Shown here: in pieces, positions 1 to 6,998 of the stretch | Layout of the letters: each line of letters begins with the position of its first letter | Numbering within the stretch: the stretch's first letter is position 1 | Source of the DNA: a virus | Strand: one strand, 5' to 3' | DNA: 39,540 bases | IMG/VR virus record: IMGVR_UViG_3300019124_000017 | Location: 1 to 39,540 of that record | Made by a program: the position numbers and the translations under genes | The notes under the pieces: generated by a model | Told to the model about the DNA's origin: nothing | The model's input: only the letters and a program-made list of their open reading frames with translations | Database searches by the model: none

Positions 1-127
1 TCGCCGCCGCTCCCTCAGTGCCCGAGCAGGCAGAGCAGCCGGCAGTAGCGGATGAGCGGGCTATGCTTTGCGCAAACTGCGGCAAGCACTTGGAGCAGGC
101 AGAGGGCTGCATCAGCGACTACCCAGA
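1..127. repeat. Terminal direct repeat, copy 1. Identical to 39414-39540, so this is a contig end overlap of a closed molecule.
   Basis: Both ends read base by base: tcgccgccgctccctcagtg...gcatcagcgactacccaga is present at both termini. Confidence 0.9.
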
Positions 128-782
128 AGAGGGCGAGTGGTTTTGCTCTCAGGCGTGCTACGACCAGCACTCGGATCTCGGCTGCCCTCATGAGAAGCAC
201 AGCGGTTACCGGCACCCTCACGAGGCAGAGCGCTTGATTGCGTGTGAAGCGGCACTGCGCTCGCTGGCTTGTTGGCTGGGAGTCGGCGGCTACAACGCAG
301 ACACGGTAGATGCCTCCACGTTCGAGGCCAAGATTCGTGATGGCGTTGAGCACCTGCTCGCCGCCGCCGCTCCCTCAGTGCCCGAGCAGGCAGAGCAGCC
401 GGCAGTGGTGGAAGGGCGGGCGGCCTACGCGCTGCGTCTGCTTGTTGCGGCCGGCCACATCACACAGGAGAGAGCCGACGAGTCGCTGGCGCTGGCCGAG
501 AAGTATGCCATCCCCACAGCACCCGCACAGCCGCCCTCGGCGGCTAGCTCCGGTGGTATGGGCGCTAGCTCCGGTGGTGCACCCGGCAACTCCGGTGGTA
601 TGGGGGCACAGCCGCCCTCGGCGCAGGGGCAAGAGGCGCTGGAAGAACTGCGGCGCGCGATCTGCGCCGTTGGCATCGTGGGCACCATTGACGGGCACGC
701 CGTGATCCGCCGAGAAAGCGTGATCGACCTGATCGACCGCCGGATCGCCGCCCTCTCTGGCGCACAAGGGGGTGGGGTGTGA
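1..782 (+). CDS. 3' part of the junction-spanning modular early protein. It holds a Cys-rich module, linker repeats and a Gly/Ser tandem.
   Basis: Tracked ORF 18..782 is open back to base 3 in the same frame. The stop TGA at 780-782 overlaps the GTG start of the next gene. Confidence 0.65.
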   Translation, partial: AAAPSVPEQAEQPAVADERAMLCANCGKHLEQAEGCISDYPEEGEWFCSQACYDQHSDLGCPHEKHSGYRHPHEAERLIACEAALRSLACWLGVGGYNADTVDASTFEAKIRDGVEHLLAAAAPSVPEQAEQPAVVEGRAAYALRLLVAAGHITQERADESLALAEKYAIPTAPAQPPSAASSGGMGASSGGAPGNSGGMGAQPPSAQGQEALEELRRAICAVGIVGTIDGHAVIRRESVIDLIDRRIAALSGAQGGGV

Positions 783-1414
783 GCACCGTCGCAGCCTTGT
801 TCGTTGAAACGGATGGCGTCTACTTCCGCATGCCGGATGTGGACCCGTGGGACAAGCAGCGGGATGCCCGCCAGTACGCCGGCCCGCATCCAGTGGTGGC
901 TCACCCGCCCTGCAAGCGATGGGGGCGCTTCTGGCACGGCAGCACCGCCAAGCCGCACCAGTTCAAGCTCGGTGCCGATGAAGGCTGCTTCGCCGCGGCA
1001 CTCACCGCCGTGCGCAACTTCGGAGGCGTGCTGGAGCACCCGGCGCACTCCAAGGCGTGGGCGTGGTTCGGCCTGAAGGCGCCCGAGCAGGGCAAGGGCT
1101 GGCAGCCGGCCGACGCATTCGGCGGCATGGCCTGCTATGTCGAGCAAGGGCACTACGGCCACGAGAGCCGCAAGCCGACGTGGCTGTACGCCGCTGGCTG
1201 CGCACTGCCGGAACTGAACTGGTCGAAGGGTGCCCAGCGCATCCCCGCCTGGATGATCGAGCGCTACGGCTACGAGAAGGCCCGGCGCATCGGTGTCGTC
1301 GCCATGATCGGCGGCAAGGACAAGGAACGGATCAGGGATCGCACACCACTGCCGTTCCGTGACGTTCTGCTGTCCATCGCGCGTGCAGCGCACAAGCAAC
1401 TGGAGGCAGCATGA
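779..1414 (+). CDS. C5-cytosine-methyltransferase-like protein. It is a minimal core with no obvious target-recognition domain.
   Basis: 211 aa. HPPCKRWG resembles C5-MTase motif IV (PC), VLEHPAHS resembles motif VI (ENV), and HESRKPTWLY resembles motif VIII. The motif I region (ALFVETDGVY) is degenerate. GTGA overlap with the upstream gene. Confidence 0.35.
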   Translation: MSTVAALFVETDGVYFRMPDVDPWDKQRDARQYAGPHPVVAHPPCKRWGRFWHGSTAKPHQFKLGADEGCFAAALTAVRNFGGVLEHPAHSKAWAWFGLKAPEQGKGWQPADAFGGMACYVEQGHYGHESRKPTWLYAAGCALPELNWSKGAQRIPAWMIERYGYEKARRIGVVAMIGGKDKERIRDRTPLPFRDVLLSIARAAHKQLEAA

Positions 1415-2091
1415 GCCACATCGACACACCCAGCCGATCGCATGGCGCGAACTACGCGGAGCGGGTCTGGTGTCATTGCCGGACCGGCGGTGTAGGCGAG
1501 CACGGCTGCACTGATTGCCTGAACACCGGCTTGGACAGCATGGCTATGGCGGCCGGCATCGAGCAAGCACTCAATGACGCCTATGCCGAAGGCCGCAAGG
1601 ACGAGCGCGAGGAATGGATTGATATCACAAGCAAAAACAAGGACTTAGGCGGCGCTCCGCTGACCCAAGCCGCCCACGACTTGCTGGCCGAGCGGCAGCG
1701 GCAGGTGACGGCCGAGGGCTGGAGCCCGAGGCACGATGACGCGCACACAGAAGGATCGCTTGCAATGGCTGCATCCTGCTATGCCCTAAACGCGGCCACC
1801 TGGGCAGCGCATGGCAGCTGGGTTCCCAGGGGCGGCGGCAACTACAGGGCACTATCACCAGTCAGCCAGCGGTGGCCGTGGCGCGAATCGTGGTGGAAGC
1901 CGTCAAGCCAGAGGCGCGATCTGGTCAAGGCTGGCGCTCTGATCCTCGCAGAGATTGAGCGCCTTGACCGCGCGAGGGATCGTGACCCCGGAGGGGCGAA
2001 TCCCGAAGGGATGAGTGCCGAAGGCATAGAGCCCGGTGCCGCAGGCACGCGCCCAGACCCTATCTCCTCCCATATGAGGGATCACCCATGA
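1411..2091 (+). CDS. Conserved phage hypothetical protein with an N-terminal Cys cluster.
   Basis: 226 aa. ATGA overlaps at both ends. Contains CHC..GC..C and the motif ERQRQVTAEGWSPRHDDAH...WPW...WKP...AGALILAEIERLDR. Confidence 0.6.
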   Translation: MSHIDTPSRSHGANYAERVWCHCRTGGVGEHGCTDCLNTGLDSMAMAAGIEQALNDAYAEGRKDEREEWIDITSKNKDLGGAPLTQAAHDLLAERQRQVTAEGWSPRHDDAHTEGSLAMAASCYALNAATWAAHGSWVPRGGGNYRALSPVSQRWPWRESWWKPSSQRRDLVKAGALILAEIERLDRARDRDPGGANPEGMSAEGIEPGAAGTRPDPISSHMRDHP

Positions 2092-2414
2092 GCAGCACCA
2101 CACCACTGCCTGAGCCGTTCGGCTGGATCACCGACCAGGGCGGGCACGGCGGCACCTTCTTTCAGCGACACGAGCCTACCGGGCTGGCCGCCTTGACCGC
2201 TTCGACCATGCCGGTCTACAGCGCCTCACAGATCGCATCCCTACGGGAGAAGCTGGCAGCAGCCGAGGCCGATGCAAAGCGGCTGGATTGGCTGGAGAAG
2301 CAGTGCCGCGGCGCGTCCGACTCCGAGCGCTACTTGCCATTCCGCATCTACTGGGGTGACGGTCGCGGAATCCGCGCCGCCATAGACGCCCACCTTGAAC
2401 GGGGGGAGGGATGA
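2088..2414 (+). CDS. Hypothetical early protein.
   Basis: 108 aa. ATGA coupling at both ends. High GC3. Confidence 0.6.
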   Translation: MSSTTPLPEPFGWITDQGGHGGTFFQRHEPTGLAALTASTMPVYSASQIASLREKLAAAEADAKRLDWLEKQCRGASDSERYLPFRIYWGDGRGIRAAIDAHLERGEG

Positions 2415-2719
2415 TGCGACCCGGTGACGGCGGCGCACCGTGCCACCGCTGCGGCGCCGCCACCCGCGACGACGCCGACCGCTTCGACCTGTGCATGCCC
2501 GACCCGCACCTGCCGTGCTTGCTCTACAAGCCGGCGGCGCAGCTGGAGCCCTGCCCCTTCTGCGGCGCCGAGCCCATGCGCACCGTCGCGCCCGCGCCGG
2601 CCGGCATCGACGGCGCCCTGCCCACCCTTACGATCGAATGCGCGCAGTGCGGCATCCCCCACGTGACCGGCGACGACTTCGCCGCCGTGGCGGCCGCCTG
2701 GAACACCCGCACCCGCTGA
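2411..2719 (+). CDS. lar: Lar-family restriction-alleviation-like protein.
   Basis: 102 aa. C-terminal half reads CPFCG...TIECAQCG...AAWNTR, the hallmark layout of Lar-family zinc-ribbon proteins. Confidence 0.6.
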   Translation: MMRPGDGGAPCHRCGAATRDDADRFDLCMPDPHLPCLLYKPAAQLEPCPFCGAEPMRTVAPAPAGIDGALPTLTIECAQCGIPHVTGDDFAAVAAAWNTRTR

Positions 2720-2720
2720 C

Positions 2721-3788
2721 ATGCCCCGCAAGCCCCAGCAGCCCAACCAGCGCCCCCGCTTTCGCGTGCGCACCCGCCGCGGCGCGGCCGGCCAGGTCTA
2801 CACCTACTACTTCTGGGACGGCCGCACCCAGGGCCGCGGCGAGGTGCCGCTGGGCAGCGACTTCACGGCCGCGCTGGAGCGCTACGAGGAACTGGAGGGC
2901 CTGCGCTCGGCGCGCAAGGACAAGATCGCCGAGGCCTTCGACCGCTTCGAGCGCGAGGTGCTGACGCCCGAGCACTACCCCAGCGCCACCACCCGCCGCG
3001 ACTACCTGCTGTGCCTGACCAAGCTGCGGCCGGTGTTCGGCAACGCGGTGTGGGCCAGCGTCAAGACGCCACACCTGGCCGCCTACCGCGACAAGCGCAG
3101 CGCCAAGACGCGGGCCAACCGCGAGCTGGCCGTGCTGTCGATCGTGTGGGGGTGGGCGCGCGAATGGGGCCTCACGCAGCTGCCCTACCCGGGCTTTCGC
3201 ATGCGCAAGAACAAGGAAAGGGCGCGGCTGGTGCAGGTGAGCGACGAGGCATTCGAGGCGATCTACGCCGAGGCCGACCCCGTGCTGCGCCAGGCGCTGG
3301 ACACGATCACCGCCACCGGCCTGCGCATCACCGACGTGCTGCAGCTCACGCTGCCGCAGTTCAACGGCGGCCAGCTGCTGCGCGTCACGCCCAGCAAGAC
3401 GCAGCGCAAGGGCAAGACCATCGAGCTTGCGCTGAACGACCCTGAGCACCCCACCATCCTGGCCGACCTGTACGCGGCCCGCATGGCGCACCGCGGCGCG
3501 CTGCACATGCGCTGGCTGGCCGGCAGGGGCAATGAGACGATCACCTACCGGATGCTGGCCGATCGCTTCGGCGATGCGCGCGAGAAGGCCGCCAAGAAGG
3601 CCGCAGAATCGGGCCAGGATGCATTTTCAGCGCACGTCCGGGGGTTGATCCTCAGGGACATGCGAAAACACGCCGCAGACAAAGCGGAGAGCCTGCGCCA
3701 CGCCCAGGAACTGCTGCAGCACGACGACGTGCGCGTCACACGGCTGCACTACCGGGGCAAGGGCGAGCGGGTGAAGCCGTCGCGTTAG
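2721..3788 (+). CDS. int: Tyrosine recombinase, the phage integrase.
   Basis: 355 aa. Contains TGLRITDVLQL (box I Arg), LRDMRKHAA and LLQHDDVRVTRLHY (box II His/Tyr). It is the last gene of the + operon and lies next to the tRNA-derived attP. Confidence 0.85.
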   Translation: MPRKPQQPNQRPRFRVRTRRGAAGQVYTYYFWDGRTQGRGEVPLGSDFTAALERYEELEGLRSARKDKIAEAFDRFEREVLTPEHYPSATTRRDYLLCLTKLRPVFGNAVWASVKTPHLAAYRDKRSAKTRANRELAVLSIVWGWAREWGLTQLPYPGFRMRKNKERARLVQVSDEAFEAIYAEADPVLRQALDTITATGLRITDVLQLTLPQFNGGQLLRVTPSKTQRKGKTIELALNDPEHPTILADLYAARMAHRGALHMRWLAGRGNETITYRMLADRFGDAREKAAKKAAESGQDAFSAHVRGLILRDMRKHAADKAESLRHAQELLQHDDVRVTRLHYRGKGERVKPSR

Positions 3789-3806
3789 GAAAGCCGACTG
3801 GCAGCG

Positions 3807-4259
3807 CTAAAGCTGCACGCGCACGAGCGCTGGAGTATTGCTGTCGGTGTGCACGACCCCAATCCACAACAGGTTGCCTTTGGCGATCTTTTTCGCCTGG
3901 TCCTGCTCGACAACACCGGTCCAGCGTTGGCCGGCTGCAAGCTCGGCAGGGAGCGGTCCTGAAGGCTTGGGGACGAAGCCAAGCGAACTCGGGCGACGGC
4001 GGAAGAACCTCGCGAGCCGGGACGGGTACGCGTAGAGCGCGAGATGGGTGATCGTCGTCGAGCGGTCGCCGCGATTCATCACCTCGACAAAGACATGGCT
4101 GGTTGGGTCCACGCCTACACCTTCGATGTACTGCTGCATGCCCGTTACTGCGCGCACGTGCAGCCTGGCCCCGCTCGTTGCCCACTTGAACAAGTCCCAG
4201 ATGAGGACGAGGGTCGCTACTCCAGCTCCCCACCAAGCCGCCCAATCTGATGCGCTCAT
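3807..4259 (-). CDS. Cargo membrane protein of unknown function. The maximal ORF extends to 4325.
   Basis: I prefer the Met at 4259 (MSASDWAAWWGAGVATLVLIWDLF, one TM helix) because the TTGCGGAAA repeats at 4268-4300 lie in the longer extension. GC is visibly lower than in the flanks. Confidence 0.55.
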   Translation of the reverse strand: MSASDWAAWWGAGVATLVLIWDLFKWATSGARLHVRAVTGMQQYIEGVGVDPTSHVFVEVMNRGDRSTTITHLALYAYPSRLARFFRRRPSSLGFVPKPSGPLPAELAAGQRWTGVVEQDQAKKIAKGNLLWIGVVHTDSNTPALVRVQL

Positions 4260-4267
4260 AGCCCTCG

Positions 4268-4300
4268 TTGCGGAAAAACGCTTGCGGAAAATTGCGGAAA
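4268..4300 (+). repeat. Three direct copies of TTGCGGAAA, candidate integrase arm-type sites on the P arm.
   Basis: Copies at 4268-4276, 4282-4290 and 4292-4300, about 50 bp from the tRNA-derived core. Confidence 0.55.
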
Positions 4301-4347
4301 CAGCGGCGGCCTTGTTAGTGGGCACTATGCGCTAAGTCGTTGTCAGC

Positions 4348-4406
4348 TGGTGCCCGGGAGGGGGCTCGAACCCCTATGACCGTTTAAGGTCCGCGGATTT
4401 TAAGTC
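4348..4406 (-). other. attP core: the 3' 59 nt of a tRNA-Leu(UAA) gene, from the anticodon loop to CCA. It is not a complete tRNA.
   Basis: The reverse complement reads GACTTAAAATCCGCGGACCTTAAACGGTCATAGGGGTTCGAGCCCCCTCCCGGGCACCA. This gives a T arm AGGGG-TTCGAGC-CCCCT, a long variable arm and a loop CTTAAAA. No matching 5' acceptor strand (GCCCGGG), D arm or 5' anticodon-stem strand lies upstream. Confidence 0.75.
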
Positions 4407-4447
4407 TTGGCGCAACTCCAGCCGCATCAACCACTTAGGTCGTTTCC

Positions 4448-4509
4448 TTTCCGCATTCTGCCGGGCGGCCGGCGTGTATCGGCCCTGGGACAAAAAGGCG
4501 TTGCGGAAA
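4448..4509. repeat. Further arm-type site copies on the other side of the core, the P' arm.
   Basis: TTTCCGCAT at 4448-4456 is an inverted copy matching 8 of 9 positions. TTGCGGAAA at 4501-4509 is a direct, exact copy. Confidence 0.45.
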
Positions 4510-4542
4510 CGAACCGAGGGCCGGCTGCGCTATCCTGCACTG

Positions 4543-4758
4543 GTGAAACGTACAGCGTTTTATTTCTTCCGGTACCGCAGCCCGACCACCGGCCGGTGGG
4601 TGAAGTCGCGCCACCGGGCGAAGCTGGAGGACATCCCGGCTGGAGCGGAGCCGATCACCGACACGGTGGAATGGCGCGAGCTGCCGGCGACGCCTGAGGA
4701 GGCGCGGGCCTTGTGCACGGGCGCCTGGCAGCGCGGGAAGCACGAACCCCGAGGCTAA
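4543..4758 (+). CDS. Small basic hypothetical protein. The maximal ORF starts at 4474.
   Basis: GTG at 4543 (VKRTAFYFFRYRSPTTGRWVKSRHRAKLEDI...). Strong GC3 bias. The longer form would cover the arm-type repeat at 4501. Confidence 0.45.
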   Translation: MKRTAFYFFRYRSPTTGRWVKSRHRAKLEDIPAGAEPITDTVEWRELPATPEEARALCTGAWQRGKHEPRG

Positions 4759-4869
4759 TCTCAGCGGTATGGCCGCCCCACCCCAAAACGGGGGATGCCC
4801 CCTAGTTTGAAGACTGCCTCGGCACGGGCAATGCCGGCAGCATGCGGCCACAACCACAGGGAGATCCGC

Positions 4870-5463
4870 ATGCGTTCATTGCTCGCAGCCACGGCGCTGG
4901 CCGTTGCCACTTCTGCAGGCGCCTTTAGCCTCGATGGTGAGGGCGTCACTGTCACCATCCCCACCCACGTCATTCACGGCATCCACACCGTGGAAGGGGA
5001 GTTTGGGGAGCGCGTCACCATCGGCGACGGCATCGAGGCCCAGGGCATCGGTCATGGCGTCTTTGGCACCACGTGGAACCTATGGGTTGACGTGAACGGC
5101 GACACGGTGCGGGTCGGCTGGAACGACACCACTGGGCACGGGAACCTGTGGGGCGGGGGCACCCCCACGATGGGGGTTTACTTCCAGTTCGACGACCGGC
5201 AGCCGCTGCGGCTCGAAATGGAGTACGTCAGTTTTGAGCGCGGCACCATCATGGGGCCCGGCACGAACGTACCCGCGTTCATGTTTGGCGGACCACGGCG
5301 GCACGGCGGCACCAACTTCCTGGTGCGCTGGGACCGCATGCTGTCCGGCGAGGTCTACACGTTCCGGGTGCGCGAGGTGCCCGAGCCGGAAACCTACGCG
5401 CTCATGCTTGCGGGGCTCGCGGCACTGGCCGCGGTTGCGCGCCGACGGGCTACTCCTGCGTGA
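4870..5463 (+). CDS. Secreted PEP-CTERM sorting-domain protein, a phage cargo gene.
   Basis: AGGGAGA lies 7 nt upstream of the ATG at 4870. The signal peptide is MRSLLAATALAVATSAGA. The C-terminus VPEPETYALMLAGLAALAAVARRRATPA is PEP, then a TM helix, then an Arg cluster. Confidence 0.8.
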   Translation: MRSLLAATALAVATSAGAFSLDGEGVTVTIPTHVIHGIHTVEGEFGERVTIGDGIEAQGIGHGVFGTTWNLWVDVNGDTVRVGWNDTTGHGNLWGGGTPTMGVYFQFDDRQPLRLEMEYVSFERGTIMGPGTNVPAFMFGGPRRHGGTNFLVRWDRMLSGEVYTFRVREVPEPETYALMLAGLAALAAVARRRATPA

Positions 5464-5935
5464 TCGCGCGCACGTAGCCCTGCAGCTCGATCAGGCGCCC
5501 TCGGTCCTGGTCAGCTTCTCGCGCCAGGCCCTCAAGAGTTGCTGCACACGCCCCGAGTAGCTGCCGCTCGACGGCGCCTGCATCGACTCGGCACTCGGCG
5601 CCGGGAGCCTGGGCGGCTCGATCACGGTCGGCGAGGGCGCCGCGCAGCCGCTCAAGCTCATCACGAGCGCCCACAGCATCAGCGCGCGCGGCGCTGGCGA
5701 TCTTCCTTGCATGGTCTTGTGCCTCCTGCACGTTGGTGGCCCGGCGAGATTCCAGGCGCCGGGCTTCCTGGCTGGCTTGCAGCGCGTCAGCCAGGCGCTG
5801 GGCCTTCTCGGCATCCCACTCGGCCTGAACCCGGCCGGCGCCCACGCGCACGCCCAGGGCGAACAGGCCCAGCAGCACGGCCGCGACAAGCGCTGCCTTG
5901 GCGGCGCCGAGGTAGGGGCTGAGGGCGGCCAGCAT
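5450..5935 (-). CDS. i-spanin (Rz-like).
   Basis: 161 aa with an N-terminal TM followed by a charged coiled-coil. It lies immediately downstream of the endolysin (ATGA overlap) and contains an embedded lipoprotein ORF. Confidence 0.75.
   Translation of the reverse strand: MLAALSPYLGAAKAALVAAVLLGLFALGVRVGAGRVQAEWDAEKAQRLADALQASQEARRLESRRATNVQEAQDHARKIASAARADAVGARDELERLRGALADRDRAAQAPGAECRVDAGAVERQLLGACAATLEGLAREADQDRGRLIELQGYVRAITQE
5491..5712 (-). CDS. o-spanin (Rz1-like), fully embedded in the i-spanin gene in another frame.
   Basis: Reads MQGRSPAPRALMLWALVMSLSGC|AAPSPTVIEPPRLPAP, with a lipobox LSGC and a Pro-rich mature part. Confidence 0.7.
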   Translation of the reverse strand: MQGRSPAPRALMLWALVMSLSGCAAPSPTVIEPPRLPAPSAESMQAPSSGSYSGRVQQLLRAWREKLTRTEGA

Positions 5936-6552
5936 CAGCCGGCCACCAGCAGGCGGAACGCGCGGGCCGTGCGCTCCTGGCGGTCGGCCATGCCGTGGGT
6001 GCGGCCGTTGATGCGCTTGGTGATCTCCACCGCGCTGGAGGTATCGGCCAGCGCGTTACAGCCGCGGTCCTCCCAAAACCAGGCCGCGGCGCGGGCGCCG
6101 TGCTGGGGCAACTCCAGCAGCTCGGGGCAGTCGCGCAGCGGCAGGTTCAGGGCGATGCCGGCGCGGCGGTAGTTGTCGGCGCCGGTGATCTGCAGCGGGC
6201 CGCGGCCGCGGTAGCGCCATCCGTCGCCGCTTTCATAGGGCCCGTTGCCCATGCGGTTGGCATAGACCAGGTTGGCCAAGCGCTCGGGGGCGTGCGCGTA
6301 GTGGGCCGCGGCCTTGGCGTCAGGAAAGCGCGACGGCCACACTTCGCGCAGGCGCTGCAGCGAATAGTTCAGGTTCTCGGTGGTGCGGCTGAGCGAGCCG
6401 CTTTCGTGCCCCACCTGGCCCAGGAAGGCGGCGATGCGTGGGCGGGTGGTGATTTGCCGCTCGGTCATGGCCGACACAAACGGCTTGTGCCAGCGCTCGG
6501 CGAGATCGGCGGTGCAGCCGATGATGGCCGCGAACTGCTGCAGGGTGAACAT
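5935..6552 (-). CDS. Endolysin, glycoside hydrolase family 19 (chitinase-like).
   Basis: MFTLQQFAAIIGC...GQVGHESGSL...TENLNYS...YRGRGPLQITG. GGAGGA lies upstream of the ATG at 6552. The longer tracked ORF overlaps the holin and is rejected. Confidence 0.85.
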   Translation of the reverse strand: MFTLQQFAAIIGCTADLAERWHKPFVSAMTERQITTRPRIAAFLGQVGHESGSLSRTTENLNYSLQRLREVWPSRFPDAKAAAHYAHAPERLANLVYANRMGNGPYESGDGWRYRGRGPLQITGADNYRRAGIALNLPLRDCPELLELPQHGARAAAWFWEDRGCNALADTSSAVEITKRINGRTHGMADRQERTARAFRLLVAG

Positions 6553-6572
6553 GGGGTGTCTCCTCCGGGGTG

Positions 6573-6998
6573 TCAGGGTTTGGCGGGTGGCTGCAGGCGT
6601 GCGGCGAGGGCTTCCACCCAGCCCTCGCCGACACGAGACAGCAGGCGCGCGCCGGCATAGCCACCCAGCCACAGCGCAGCGCCCAGCAGCCACACGCCCC
6701 ATTCCTGCCAGGCGCCCACCGCGAAGGTGAGGAAGCCCACGCCGCTGGACACCACCACGTCCTTGGCCAGCTCCAGCCAGATCGGGAAGGGCTGCGGCGG
6801 CTCGGCCTTCACCGCCTCGAGCGCGCGCTCGGCGGTGCGGGTGAGGCCGCCCCACAGGCTGAGGGCCGCGCCGATGCCGATCTGCACCCACGGCAGGCCG
6901 GCCAGATCGGGCGGCACGCTGTCGGCCGCCATGGCGGTGGCCAGGGTGCCCAGGCCGATCAGCAGGCCCAGCAGGTTGCGAAGGGTTTCAAAGCGCAT
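6573..6998 (-). CDS. Putative holin, a multi-TM protein.
   Basis: 141 aa with several hydrophobic helices. It lies directly upstream of the endolysin. Confidence 0.6.
   Translation of the reverse strand: MRFETLRNLLGLLIGLGTLATAMAADSVPPDLAGLPWVQIGIGAALSLWGGLTRTAERALEAVKAEPPQPFPIWLELAKDVVVSSGVGFLTFAVGAWQEWGVWLLGAALWLGGYAGARLLSRVGEGWVEALAARLQPPAKP

Noticed and set aside
1-127. Terminal 127-bp repeat read as a biological direct terminal repeat, LTR or IS end.
   Set aside because: It lies inside a continuous ORF and is exact. The genome has cos-type packaging genes (HNH, P27-like TerS). An assembly closure overlap is the simpler reading, but reads are needed to be sure.
4343-4440. Possible complete tRNA-Leu gene.
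   Set aside because: Only the anticodon loop, variable arm, T arm and 3' acceptor strand are present. No GCCCGGG 5' acceptor strand, D arm or complementary 5' anticodon stem lies upstream. I interpret it as the attP core.
4781-4806. G5-ATG-C5 hairpin plus TAGTTTG read as a strong terminator.
   Set aside because: The stem is only 5 bp with a 3-nt loop and a weak T-tract. I noted it under the small ORF finding and did not call it as a feature.
5935-6891. N-terminal extensions of tracked ORFs: endolysin to 6891, gp10-like to 18052, capsid to 25543, protease to 26054, TerL to 29153, Q-like to 31171, initiator to 32756, and 33027..34001.
   Set aside because: The extensions run through the upstream gene in another frame and are Arg/Pro/Gly-rich. 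Internal ATG/GTG starts with RBS or stop-start overlaps give proteins that begin at the conserved N-termini.
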